DNA of 61,791 nt, filler included, from Bipalium vagum (taxonomy: Eukaryota): the NCBI GenBank assembly GCA_037834085.1. It is 3 parts of 3 records of this genome, joined end to end, with 100 filler letters (N's around TTAATTAATTAA, not from the genome) between each part and the next. Parts side by side here need not be neighbours in the genome. Positions count along the whole stretch, not along the records: positions 1 to 22,805 come from JBBMKC010214696.1; 2 more parts are not named here. The stretch is one strand, 5' to 3'. This document shows, one piece after another, positions 1 through 12,400 of the stretch; positions within the stretch are counted from its first letter, which is position 1; the number at the start of each line of letters is the position of its first letter. Position numbers and translations under genes: made by a program. Under the pieces are notes generated by a model. That model was not told the origin of the DNA, did not search any database, and was given only the letters and a program-made list of their open reading frames with translations.

Positions 1-714
1 ATCAGGCTGGCTAATGTTTTAGACTTAACATGAATTTTAATATATAATTTAATAAAGAACATTAAAAATTGTTTATTTATAGGATTTATACTGATGAACT
101 TTGATACTTTTTTATAGTATATCTATTCAATAAAAATCAATCCACAATGGCTGACAATGCCAAGTTATCTCGAGAAGCTCTTCGCATTTTCATCCTGTAC
201 CACTTCAAAGCAATACAAATTAGCCAAAGTACGCAATCTGATATGTGAAACATTTGATGAGAATACCATCCACCACGCTACGTGCTTTAATTGTAGATTT
301 TGGTCTTGAAGGTCAACCACGTTTTGGTCGGACTACAGAAATCGATGATGATTTCATTCTATAAATAATCGAAGAAAATCCCACTATAATACCCGAGAAC
401 TTTCTTTAAAGTTTAATATGGAATTATTGAACGTGTTATTATTAAAGTGTTAATGGAATTATTGAACGTTATTTTCATATGCTAGAAAAAGGCAATAAGA
501 TTGGAAAATGAGCGCACATTATTTGATTGAAGTCGACAAATTTGCGCTCATAAACATTTGTCAAAGAGTGCTCGTAAGAGATCATCATTTCAACTGGCTT
601 GGATCTGTTGTTACCTTTGATAAAAAATGGACTTTATTCTTCAACATGATACAGAAAAGATCAAGAGTGAGTCCAAACGAAATTTCCATTCTGACTCCAA
701 ATGTTCTCTACGTC

Positions 715-1017
715 TGTCAGTTACTGACACGTTATCGACAGTTTCAGAATTCAAAAACTCAAGATTTTGTAACATTTTTATTTGAAGAAAATAATTGTAT
801 AGTGTTCCCTTTTTATCCTTTACTTAAAGAAATTAATTATCTAAAATTTTTATTAAAATTATTTAATTTTTTAAAAACGATTTCAATTTATTAAAATTAT
901 TTAAAAATTTACTTTACATTAAGGATTAAATTTTAATTTATTAATTTAAAATTTATTTTAAAAATATTTATGATTTATTATTTATTATTTAATATTAATT
1001 AAAATGTAATCCTTACT
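715..1017 (-). mobile_element. Solo LTR nested in the mariner transposase
   Basis: Flanked by the direct repeat ACGTC (710-714 and 1018-1022, extendable to CTACGTC). Minus-strand ends read AGTAAGGATT...CTGACA. Its 5' end matches TGTAAGGATTAAATTTTAATTAATATTAAA at 22691, which lies next to a gypsy RT fragment. Confidence 0.65.
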
Positions 1018-1268
1018 ACGTCAAAAAAGATTATAATTTATGTTTGATGGGATATTCGTGGTAAAATTTTATTAGACGTGCTTCCATAAATACAACAATT
1101 AACACTGATATTGCAAACAAATTAAAATTTGAAGGTGGATTTAAAAATGTAATGCTCATTTATGAAGAAAATTATTTATCAGCATGATAATGCACCAGCG
1201 CATCGTTCAAACATGACTGCAGAAATTTAAGGAAATGAGCTGGGAAATTATGGCTCAACCGGGTTATA

Positions 1269-1336
1269 CAGGGTGTCCCAAAAGTAACCAAACCACAAAC
1301 CTAAATAAAAATTAGATATACAAAAAACAAAAAAAT
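1269..1336. mobile_element. Truncated Tc1/mariner terminal fragment inserted at TA
   Basis: Starts TA|CAGGGTGTCCC and is followed by TA at 1337-1338. Removing it restores the YSPDL-equivalent motif of the host mariner. Confidence 0.55.
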
Positions 1337-1764
1337 TAGTTCCTATCTAGTCCTTTCTGATTACTATCTTTTTACAATATTACAACGATCTGTTGGTAAC
1401 AAACAATTCCATGAGAATGTAATCAAAATGTACCTCGAAAACTTTTTTTGAATCACAGTCGCCGATGTTATGGGAGAAAAGTATTCAAAGTTTCCCAGAA
1501 AGATGATGATAGAGAATGAGAGTGATTACTTTTTGGATTAATTTTTGTGTAATTATTTTGTTTTTGTTAAGTCTGAAACCTTATTAGCCAATATGTTATT
1601 AAAAAGTTATGTATTGTTTTCAATTTATAAATATTCAACGTTCCATAAAAATTGATTTTTTGTCATAAATTACAATATATATATATAGCAGTTTTATGTA
1701 GGGCTACATCTTGTGACTGAATTGAAAAATCAATTCCATTTCAGTTGCAATAATCAAGTAATAC

Positions 1765-1890
1765 AGACTGAGCTTTGTCGCTCTAACCATGCATTGGACG
1801 GTGGAATATTTATCAGTACATATGACGGTTCATTGATAAAATATCAATTCCAGAAATCATGTAGTGTTTGCCTCTTGAAGTCTAACATTA
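1765..1890 (-). mobile_element. hAT transposase C-terminal dimerization-domain remnant
   Basis: Minus strand reads MLDFKRQTLHDFWN*YFINEPSYVLINIPPSNAWLERQSS, matching the hAT motif FW...L.IP.S.A..ER.FS. Confidence 0.55.
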
Positions 1891-2759
1891 ATAATACAAA
1901 AATGATCTCAAAATCTGATTTCTCAAGTCCCATTATCGCCTATCTGAAACTCTCCTTATCAAATATAGTCAATCTTTATGATTCTTCCGACGACGAAATA
2001 TTATCTGTGAAATTCGTCAGATCTGCTGATAAATCAGATTTAGATTCAAAATATTTACTAGAGAAAATTATTGGAAAATTGGTTTACAATCAATCAATTT
2101 CAATATCGGCCTCACTTGTTTATAGCATAAGTGTAAAATCAAGTTCGAGGAAATCTAATAATAAGCCGAATAAAGGTTTGTACGTTTATTTGTCTACAAT
2201 ATACATGATTCATATTAATATTTTAAATTTTTACATAAGATTTTAATCAATTTTTTAACTTTCCATCTAATATTATGATTTTATGAATCTTAGTCTTAAA
2301 AACCTTATTATTTTTACCACGAATATTTTTTTTTTCTCTTAGAAATTTCAAAAATAACTGAAGAATATAATAATAAAAAGAAAACATTGGATAATAATGT
2401 TTATATTTTAATATTAACAAACTATGCATATCTGACTCGATATCTCACACCTCTTTCCACAAAAATGACTTCAACTGTTTTTTTGCTGACACGTTTCGAT
2501 AATCACTCAAAATACTCAACTGATAAAATAATAGTAATAATGATAATGAAAACATTAATGATTAAAATTATGATAATCAATTAATAAAAAGAAAATAAGT
2601 CCAATAAAATAATATTAAGCAATAAAAGTTATGATAACAATGAAAATTTAAAAATCTAAGAATAGTATTAATCGATTATAAAATAAAAAATGATAATGAA
2701 AAATAAGAATTTTTCTTTAAACACCGGATCTCCTTAGGTTTTTTTTTAAATATCATTGA

Positions 2760-3035
2760 AACCTGCAGCTGAGAACATTTCATAGTCTTCGCAACTGATT
2801 TTTGACCAATTTCACAGGTATTGTTCCAGTTTTTCTCCAAACAATTTCAGGTTGAATTTCGTCTCAATTTTGGGTTGAAGACCACTTCCCTTTTTTTCTT
2901 TCACCGTTTTCAGCACATTATATTAGCCGGTAAACAGTTGGGTATGTCTTCATCAGTGAAATGCCTATCAATAAAGTTTTTTCCTAAATTTATGTTTTTA
3001 TTGTAAAAATTTACAATACGATTCTTGAGAGTCAT
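2760..3035 (-). mobile_element. Tc1/mariner-superfamily transposase N-terminal remnant
   Basis: MTLKNRIVNFYNKKHK/LGKNFIDRHFTDEDIP (frameshifted) resembles an HTH N-terminus of ITm-type transposases. Confidence 0.35.
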
Positions 3036-3249
3036 TTCTAAAAATGTAAATAATTTAATAATACTCATATGTTTATCTTCTGATATATCATTTTAAAGAT
3101 CTTGCTTAATAAGTTAAAATAAGTCATTTAAACAATTTGTATATTACATTAAAGTTATTCAAGTTTATAAAAGTGCCATTTTTTATTTATACTAAAAACT
3201 AATATTTATAATAACACATAAGTCCAAATGACTTTTTCACATTTCCAAA

Positions 3250-3482
3250 CATCAGGTATAAACTTCGTGATAAGCGGCTTAAGTCACCGGATGAAGCATT
3301 CGATATGTTCAAAATCGAAATTTTGGGTGTTACAACTGATGAGTGGAATAACTGTTTTCACAATTGGTTTCAATTCATGGAAAAATGTATATACCTTTGT
3401 GGAGAATGTTCTGTAAGCAATAAAACATTTAAGTTTTAAGCTTATTTGTATGTCTCAATGGAAAACTTAAAAGATAACCTTA
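3250..3482 (+). mobile_element. mariner 3' end fragment
   Basis: LRDKRLKSPDEAFDMFKIEILGVTTDEWNNCFHNWFQFMEKCIYLCGE matches the mariner C-terminus; a TIR-like AAAACTTAAAAGATAACCT follows. Confidence 0.75.
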
Positions 3483-3559
3483 CCTTGTTTTTATTATTCT
3501 CTAGGATCTTCACTTGAGTTTAACATTGACTGAAAATTTCGCACTTAATTTTTATAAGT

Positions 3560-4200
3560 ATACTTACATTTTTATGTTTATCACCCTAGTTCTAAATCTA
3601 CTCCATATCCAAGCTACAGAGGTAGTTCATCCACACCTGCTTGTTCGTCTTCATAAACATGATAGGTTTCTGGTTTGTTCTTGGCATAATTTTTTTTATC
3701 TTACAAATAATATTTAAATTCATTGAAGAAATAAATCGCAAGTAACTCTTTTCACGTGCTGACAGTGCTTGTAATCCATATGAAATGTGTTCCATTTCCG
3801 TAACTATCCCAATTACGTTGAAGTTGGCATCCATATCCAGAATAAATATCTTTTTATATCCGAGAAACAAAAAAAAAGTGCCTGAATTAATTCTTACCTC
3901 ATTTCTCAAGATGCTTTCTCCTGTCACTCTGACCGTACAAATTTATTGTTATTGATGAATCTTAGGTAATATCTGCATATTCATAGAAGTTTATCCGATT
4001 TCTTATGCGTTTGGTTTCCAAAATTTTTGATATCTTCGATTTTTTAGGATCTCTTTGAATCTCTTCTTTATCTATTGGCTGCTTTTATCTTTTCTTCTAG
4101 ATTCATAGGTTTGTTTTTATCTGTTCTCCTTTTATCATAATCATGTATTCAACCATCGTTATAAATCTGATATCCAAATTATCTGCTATAAATACTCATC
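3560..4200 (-). mobile_element. LTR retrotransposon gag/protease remnant
   Basis: ORF 3598-3927 has FILDMDANFNVI, a degenerate retropepsin LDTGA motif, downstream of an Arg/Lys-rich gag-like stretch. Confidence 0.45.
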
Positions 4201-4622
4201 GATATTATCTGGTAACATTAAATTTAATATTTTATGTAATTGAAAATAATATATTTATTTATCATTTAATAATTTTTCTATCACTGCTAAAATTTATTTT
4301 ATGTATTAATTAGATTTATCGAACACTTCAGACAATTGTATCTTTCGTTGCGACTGGAGTTCAATATGTTTAAAAAATATCAGTCTCCTGTGTAACAGAA
4401 GAAATGATTGTCAATACGGCGATGATGAAAATTTTTTAATTTGTCAAATTTTTCAAAATTCTAAACACAAAACACAAGAGGAATTTGAAAGTATTTTATA
4501 TTATTCTTTATTTTTATTATTATTATTATTAACGAAATATAATTTATATGAATTCATTTGATAAACAAATAAAATAAAAACAATTGTAATTGGTATCTTA
4601 TTCTTATTAATAATTGATAATA

Positions 4623-5531
4623 CAGTCGAACCCGCTTAATATCATGTTATCCGTTCCACAGAAAACACTGATAATAAGCGGGTCATGATATTAACAGGAC
4701 TCCGGTTAATATCATGTTTCTGGATAATAATCGATATATATTATTTGGTTTATATCTCAGCAATAATTCAGTTAATATTATAGATGACCATTGACTGGCA
4801 ACTGAATAATTTGCATCAACTTTTTCACCATGATATCTTTTATAGACTACCGTTGCGTTTCTTCCATCTTTCAAGCCAAGCATTAGTAGCAGAAAAATCA
4901 TTAATATTTAAATACGGCATATTGTTCAGCTTTTATGCGCAAAACTTTACCGCTAATAGGTAAATTAACAACCAAAGCACAAATGCACTACTGTTTTAGA
5001 GCCTTATCAAAATCTTCGGCTTTACTTGACCGTTGCCTTTACGGTTATTATTGCTGGAAATGCTTAATTCCTCTAATTTGTCTCTTTTTTAAACATCTTA
5101 CTTACCTTTGTTGGATCAACATTAAATTTCTTTGCAACTGCTGAAAAAGATATTTTTGTCGAATTTTTAGAGGACTCAATAATTTCAAATTTGTTTAATA
5201 TGTAGTCAATAGGTTTTCTTTTTTCGATCATTTTAAGACTAAAATCATAAATTATTAAATATTAAATAAATTAGAAAAAGATAATAAACTTTTATGATTT
5301 CATTAATTAAAAACTATTCCAAATATATGTTATTAAAACAATGAGATAAAAAGGTTATATAATCAGGTTTGAGTACATAAACTGTAGCACATTTTCGTGT
5401 TATTATCCCGTATTTTGACAATAACCGAAGTGACATAAAATAGTTTAATATATTAAATTTACATACCGATTGGCAATTGGTTTTCAGTGCACCATGATAT
5501 TATCCGACGTGATATTCAACGGGTTCGACTG
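4623..5531 (-). mobile_element. Internally deleted pogo/Tigger-type DNA transposon
   Basis: TA-flanked TIRs CAGTCGAACCCG(C/T)T(T/G)AATATCA at both ends. The interior encodes CENP-B-HTH Tigger transposase sequence (VYKRYHGEKVDAN...LLRYKPNNIY), cut just before the NxDETG motif. Confidence 0.9.
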
Positions 5532-5599
5532 TATTTTAATATGAATAATATTTGATTAAATGATTCCTCTTTAAACCAATCTAGTTAAATAAATTCATT

Positions 5600-6320
5600 T
5601 AAGGAATCTTTTCTTTTATTTTTATCAATTTTTTGACTGTCTTTAACTTTTCTTTTTAGTTTATTATTAAAACTTTCAAAATTTTGTGTATGAACTCCTG
5701 TTTCTGGGTTAACAAAATGATACTAGTGAACAACAGATTTATGTGTATATCCTGAATCTGTTTTACCCAAGGCAAAATAAGATCGAGCTTCATCTTTATA
5801 TATTGTCGAATCGAATTTAATCACTTTTTTAATTATTGGCAAAATGGTACATGCTCTTCTATCCAGTATAATTTCTGCGTATCCCCAGTTTTGTTTAAAA
5901 GGTGTATCTACAATGGTTAAAACTAACGTTGGTGTAATTTATTTTCTTCCTCGACGGGCTTTAACATTGTGGTTTATTTTGGTCTCATCACACTGCACTA
6001 TTGTGCCTGGACCACTTAATCTGATGGGGTTATTTATTTATCTGTTTTATTAAAAGGTTTTAAAACTGAAATATATACTGGAGCAGATATCTTGTATTCA
6101 TTAAAAATATATGAATAATTATCTTGATTTTGATTTGAAAATGAGAAATGCAGGAGCCAGTTCTTATATTGACACATGATTTGTATTTTGTGCATTTGTT
6201 GTTTTGAAATCTCCAAACACAGGCGTCTGATGTCACTTTAACCATTTTAAAAGACATTGTTTCCTTAAGAATTCAATATCATTGAATAAACATAGCCTAT
6301 CTAAAAATTATGTGATTGTC
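5600..6320 (-). mobile_element. Merlin (IS1016/ISXO2-like DDE) transposase remnant
   Basis: Motifs in order: Zn-ribbon CVWRFQNNKCTKYKSCVNIRTGS, GPGTIVQCDETKINHNVKARRGR, and VNPETGVHTQNFESF. Confidence 0.82.
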
Positions 6321-7925
6321 AGATTTAATAGATCCCAAATAATAAGTTATTTGATTAATAAAATACCTTCTTGACTTTATGATAGCCGAAGAAGTTCTGT
6401 TAACAAAAATGCGTATTCTGTCGTCTTGAGCGAAGCATAATCGAATGAGCGAGAGAAAAATAAAATATAATATAAGAAAATATTAAAAAGTTAGTGATAA
6501 GAATAATTTACTTCTATCACTAAATAAATGTTAATTAATTATTTTTATTTAACACAACCGGTTAAACTCCTGTTTTAAATATTCTGAAGCTTTTTTCTAA
6601 CTTTCCAATAATAGATTCATTTGTGGGTGATTACTATTTTAAGTAAGTTCTTATATTATAAAACTTTCTATATTTGGTAATTCACTTACAATTTTACTCG
6701 TAAATCATTTATCTATGGCAAATTTCTTTATTTCTTAAAATTTAATAATAATTAATCATGTGGCTTGTATAAAATATTTTAAATTAATATTTTCAACATA
6801 AAATTCATATATTTTATTTTATTATACTTTAAAATGATTATTTATTTATAAAAAAAACTTTATTAATTATTTAAATAATATTTTTTCACACCTAAAATAT
6901 AATATCACATCCTTTTCGAATTATAAAAATAAGAAAGTAAACCTTTTCATGCACATTAAATATCAATTGTAAAATTAAATGCAAAATGAATGAAGTCAAA
7001 TGTAAAATGTTTTTAAAATACCGATTATTAATTTGGGAGAGCAGTCCTCACTCTCCATCGGCTCCTGAGGTTCCTTGAGGTCATCAGCGGTTTCTGTAAG
7101 CTTTTACTAAGAGTTTTGTGTGAGATCAATTAGGTTTTTCTTACCAGTTTTACTGTAGATCCCCACATATAATTTGAAATAAAAACTTTGGTAATCGAAA
7201 TTGTAATAATCAGAAAAACGCAAGTAATGAAATTAGGAGGTGTTCAAAAATTTTTAAAAATCTAAGGAAAATACTTTAAAAATGAAAATAATTTGCTAAC
7301 GCGTGAAAAAGTGGCGAAATAAAATTTTCAAACAGTTTTATTTTATCAGACTAATGTAATAGGGCCAAAAGAATAGGCGATGCTCTTGAAAACAGGAACG
7401 CACTAAAATTCAGCTAAAAATTAAAATCGAAGAGAAACACCACGGCTACGTGAAAAACAAATAGGTTTCAATGAACTTCAAGATTGAATTGTAATCAAAT
7501 AAAAGAAAAAATTCTTGATCATGATATATCAGAAGCAGAAATTAAGAAAACTAGAAGCTTATTTATCTTATCTTATCTTTAAAAGCTTATTTTTAAAATT
7601 TTTATTTTATTAAAAATATTGTTCTGCATATTTGTTATTTTTTTATTTTATCAAGTATTTATAAATGATTTATAGTTTGGAACTGAGTCTTTAATTTCTC
7701 ATAACTAAGGCAGTTATGAGAAATTAGGATTATTAAATAATTTAATAATTTTCAAAATTTTATACGTAAAAGCACCGATAAGATATTAAATCCTGAAATG
7801 AAAAATGATCTAAGTGATTTAAGCTACTTAATTTAAAATATTTTTAAAATCTACAGTCCGATAATAAATCGATATTTCAATATATATCTCCATAGTTAAT
7901 AAATTGTTGTAGAGAAAGTAGAAAT

Positions 7926-8138
7926 ATGTCCTACCCAGGCTCTGAAAGAGGCAATGGAAGCTATGGAGCTCTTTATTGCATGTGCAAGAATGACAAAACT
8001 ATAATGATAGACAGTTATCGATATGACTATATTGGAGTTAACATTGATCGTCCAAAAGAAAAGAAGTATCCAGATAATATTTGTTTAGGTTGTGAAATGT
8101 TATGTGGTAAACCTATACAAACTTCTTCACAAAGATAA
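7926..8138 (+). CDS. Possible small Cys-rich orphan ORF (70 aa)
   Basis: ATG-initiated, higher complexity than its flanks, with CxC and CxxCxxxC motifs. No family recognised. Confidence 0.2.
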   Translation: MSYPGSERGNGSYGALYCMCKNDKTIMIDSYRYDYIGVNIDRPKEKKYPDNICLGCEMLCGKPIQTSSQR

Positions 8139-8599
8139 TTAACAAATTAACGTTATATAAAAATGATTTATTATTTGCACATTATTTTGAATTTTTAGTT
8201 GATTACTAAAAGCTTATTAAATGCTTTGTCTTTCAATAAATTTTTTCTTGTGAAAAGATGTTAATTAAATTTGAAAATTAAGAATCCTTTCCCATAAAAG
8301 TTGTCAAGAATTATCAATATAAATTTCTTATTGTAGACTAAATTGGAATTTTGAAGAATAAAATTAAAATTAAAATTAAAAACGAGTTTGAATTTAAGAC
8401 CTGTTGGGTTTTCACCAGTAATGGAAAATAAATATAGAAATGATAATAGCAATAATAATATTGAGAATAACCATAATTATAACAATAAATAATGAGGAAA
8501 TATGTTCTAAATTAATAATAATAATAATAACTACAGTAACAAACACTCGAGGAAATAATAAAAATAAAAATTCCCTCTTTCAAATTTATCTTCATTGAT

Positions 8600-9535
8600 T
8601 TTTTAAAGCCTTGATCAGGCTGCATCATTTCTGTCCGCAGCTCATGTTGCCAGAGGTGTTTTTCTGCGTATCGGTATCGTTAGCTGTCTAGATTGATTTT
8701 ATTTTCATCTTTTGACAATTAGACACATGAGCTCTATATTCTAAGGAGAATTGAATCTGTTTATGATCCTATTCTTATACAAGTTTGAAATAGTCTCGTC
8801 TATTTTATTTTTCAAATGAACTGGTTGTCTCCATGGTTTCACATTAATGGGATTTAATGTAATAAATGTAATAGGAGATAAACTACTGATATTATAATAC
8901 GAGATAAGAGGAGGTTTACTACTTTTTTCTAGTACACAGCTCCGACTAGCTCCCCATCTGTCGGAGCCCTTTCTTTTGGGTGCAACTCTTAGCTATTGGA
9001 AATTTCAACAACATTATCATTAGTCAAGTATCTTTCACTCTCTTGGTCTTTGTTATCTTCAGCTATTGTAATCAGATACTTGTTATTTAGAGAGTAATTA
9101 TACAGTACGTTTCTATTTTTCCTTGGTGTCCTCCTGTCGTCTCGTCTTCTTTCTTTATTTGTATAGCAAACATTCTCCAAGCGTCCTTGTAGACCGCATC
9201 GATTACACTTCACAGTGGGACATTGTCTGAAAGTGCCCACTCCACTCCACATACGAAACAAATTGGTTTCTTTTTCATATTATATTTTCTATATAATTAT
9301 ATTATATTTTACCATAGAGCATTTCATTTGAAACGCTTTTCATCCCAATTCTTTAAATCTGCGCTTACGGCTTCATAAATGGCGATCAATTCTTGATCAA
9401 AAAACTCCACCACTAATGTTGCCCTAGACGAATTTGGAATTTTCAACAACGCGAAGTACATTTCGCATTCTTTTATAAAATTGTTTAGGTCATCATCACT
9501 TCTAAACTTTCCGGACTGCGATAATGTCCAGCTGG
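8600..9535 (-). mobile_element. Ty3/gypsy gag (Zn knuckle) and RT N-terminus remnant
   Basis: CNRCGLQGRLENVC is a degenerate CCHC knuckle; downstream NPINVKPWRQPVHLKNKIDETISNL resembles the gypsy RT start. Confidence 0.75.
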
Positions 9536-9544
9536 AGTAGGTGC

Positions 9545-10385
9545 GATATGTTAGTTACATTTATATCAGTTGAAAAGTTAACGAGACTCATTTTCAAATT
9601 ATATATTTTAATAAATCTTATATATTTAAACTAATTTAAATTATTTTAAACTTTTTAATCCTCACAAGTACGGTACATTCTTCTTTCGATATTTTATTCC
9701 AATTTTCATCAATTCTTTCCCATAATTCATATTCCTTCAGACTGGGTTGGATAAGACCCAATTTTCCTTTTCAGCAAATCCCAGAGATCTTCAATAGGCT
9801 TTAACTCCGGAGATTCTCGATGTCATGAAAAAATATTTAATATTTATTCAAAGCAAAATTCTGTTTTAGCATTTTGTTTGAGAGCATTATCTTGTTTAAA
9901 AATTACGCTGTTTTTTTCCATTTCATAATATTCAATTGTTTTCATCAATCCATCTTCTAGAATTTGATAATATAGGTCTGAATATATCCTGCCTTCGGTT
10001 CTACTTATATAGTCAACTTCATGTTCCGTTATACACCCAAAATCAAAAAAGAGCCACCTCCATTTTTAACTGTTGATTGAATTGTTCTATCAGTCATTCC
10101 TTCCGCCTTCGATATCCTGCACCAAAGTCGACTATCTGACCCTATTCTCTAAATTTTGGTTTCATCAGACCAAATAACACGATTCCAATCATCAATACTC
10201 GAATTTTTATTATTTCTAGCCAATTCCAATCGTTTTTTATTCTTCACGGAAATGGCTCTTTATTTTGATTTGTTTTTCCTAGAAACCTTTGTGCAATAGA
10301 TTTCTAATTGCTTGTGGAGTGACATTTATATTTAAATCATTTGTAAAGTAAATATTAACTTAACAGATAAACATTCAGAGTTTTA
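9545..10385 (-). mobile_element. Tc1-family (DD34E) transposon remnant
   Basis: DWNRVIWSDETKI, TVKNGGGS, FKQDNA and SPELKPIEDLWD motifs. About 120 bp of its terminal region recurs at 54091-54247. Confidence 0.85.
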
Positions 10386-10495
10386 AGCTAAAAAATTAAT
10401 TATTATTAAACAAGAATCAATCTTTATTATCAGTTAATTTTATTGATGTATAATAATTCCATCAAAAAATACATTACCATGATCAAATAAACTCA

Positions 10496-11224
10496 TTGAT
10501 GAAAATATTAGTTCTAGATGATTTTGGAGATCAGTTATTATATCAACTTTATTCAGAGTTAAATCTCACCATTAATTACAATATCATTTTCTCCTTATTC
10601 AAGGCGATCTTTTATAATTACTTAAATGACGAAACTTTTACTTCATGTACCAATAACAATTGTAAACTATTTTGCATTTCTAAGAAAAAGAAGGAGAATA
10701 ATAAGAAAATATTACACTCCGATATGGCATCCCAAACGATAACGAAGTCATCTGAAATACCAGAAAGTGAATATTATATTTATACCAAAGACAATTCAGG
10801 AAATCAAACCGACGGTTATTGTATAATAAAAGGAGATACATTAAGCAACAGTACTGCAATATTAAACTATGAGAAAAGTATTCAAAAAATAAGACATGAT
10901 GATCTGATAAACCATAAGCCACAATATATTGTTTGTTTAGTAAGTCTTAATGATCATTGTCCATCTTCAGTTAGTGAAAGGGATGAACAAATTTCCGATC
11001 CAAAGAACGAAAATCGTCTCTATTTAAATATGTTAAAAACTCCACCAAATCGATTTCTTATACCCGAAGTTCCAAAATCTGAATCGCATTGTATTTATTG
11101 TATTATGAATCGTCTGTTAAATCTTCCACCTTGTTGTCTTGAAAGGACGATTGCTACTTTCATCAATCAGAGTCTTTCAGATTGTTCGTTAAATTCACTT
11201 TGCAGTAAACATTCTAAGAGTTAA
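10496..11224 (+). CDS. Orphan Cys-rich ORF (up to 242 aa; alternative start ATG 10724)
   Basis: Longest uninterrupted ORF in the window, in very AT-rich DNA. AATAAA overlaps the stop (11223-11228). No TE motif recognised on either strand. Confidence 0.4.
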   Translation: MMKILVLDDFGDQLLYQLYSELNLTINYNIIFSLFKAIFYNYLNDETFTSCTNNNCKLFCISKKKKENNKKILHSDMASQTITKSSEIPESEYYIYTKDNSGNQTDGYCIIKGDTLSNSTAILNYEKSIQKIRHDDLINHKPQYIVCLVSLNDHCPSSVSERDEQISDPKNENRLYLNMLKTPPNRFLIPEVPKSESHCIYCIMNRLLNLPPCCLERTIATFINQSLSDCSLNSLCSKHSKS

Positions 11225-12289
11225 TAAAATTGTCTGAAATATTTTCTTCCTGCTATAATATTTTAAAACATTAAATTCTTAAATTTCTATTATATAAATT
11301 TTGATAAATGAAATTGTAATGGAGACTAAAATAATTAACAAATAAATATTTTTATTAATTTTTTATGAAAAAAATTGGTTTTTCAAATTTTTGCTTATGA
11401 AATGAATGATAATGAATATCGAAAAAACTTTTTAAAACTACTTTATATATTGTAATTAGACTGAAATAAAAAATAAATCTCTCTGTTAAGATTCCGGTAA
11501 ATAATGATTGATTTATATATTAGTACAGTGCATAAAACATAAATAATATTAATACTGGAGAAAGTGAAATACAATATCATAAAATTAAATAATAAAGTGA
11601 ATCAAAAGCGTAAATTTAAATTATTTAATTATAATTAATTTATTAAATTTAATTATTAAATTAATAGTAAAAGTAATTATGATTATATTTTGCTGAAAAT
11701 ATAATTTACTTTATATATAGTTATGAATCAAAATTTTATTATTTATTATTGTGAAAGTTTTAGTAATATTTTCAATAAATCGCTATCGTTTTTATTTATG
11801 TAAGAGTGTAGGAACATTTTATCCACAACATGTATATAAAAGATGAAAAAAAATATCTTAGCCTTTGCTATTGAATAAACCACTGTAAGTTTCACCTTTC
11901 ACATTTTAATAAACATTAATTTTTTTTAGAAAAATGACAAAATTAAATTTAAATCAAATTATATTCACTAGTGCTTAGCAACAAAAACTGATTATTTAGA
12001 ATTATCTTTAAAACCTTGAACAACAAAAATTAAATAAAAGTTGAAATCTAACTTTTTCTTTTATTGAAATCAGCAAATGCTTTAGAAGCAATAATAAATT
12101 TTGAAATTGAAATCGAAAATATAAAATCAGATGAAAATATTACTTTACAAAACAATTTCTGCGCTTATAAAATTAGGTAGTGATTGATAAAAATAATGAT
12201 GGAGAAATATTTAGATGACTTCCAAATAGAGAAAAAGAATATGTAACTAAAGATAATGAGTAATATAAAAATAGAAAAAATTATATTCA

Positions 12290-12400
12290 CAAAAGCAGCA
12301 TATCTGGATATTCCTAAAATCGTACAAATTGCACCATAACTTTTGCCTTCTTTTTTCAACTTAATTGCAACAATTTTTAATTCAATAGATCTCACAATAA
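12290..12400 (-). mobile_element. Tc1-like transposase N-terminal HTH fragment
   Basis: RSIELKIVAIKLKKEGKSYGAICTILGISR. Confidence 0.6.

Larger units (their letters stand above)
1..1598 (+). mobile_element. Degenerate full-length mariner (DD34D) transposon with two nested insertions
   Basis: Imperfect TIR pair: GGCTAATGTTTTAGACTTAACA (9-30) versus the reverse complement of 1565-1588 (GGCTAATAAGGTTTCAGACTTAACA). Transposase motifs in order: MADNAKLSREALRIFILYHFK (147), VTFDKKW (TGDEKW-like), KKIIIYV*WD, YQHDNAPAH, and QPGYSSYLVLSDYYLF once the insertion is removed. Confidence 0.88.

Noticed and set aside
508-894. 128-aa ORF as a gene
   Set aside because: A chimera of mariner transposase sequence reading into the inserted solo LTR.
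1713-2246. 177-aa plus-strand ORF as a gene
   Set aside because: Ser-rich shadow frame antisense to a hAT transposase remnant, with a non-ATG start.
7030-7170. Structured ncRNA (GGAGAG...CTCTCC hairpin)
   Set aside because: No recognisable tRNA, snRNA or spliced-leader motif; more likely a repeat fragment.
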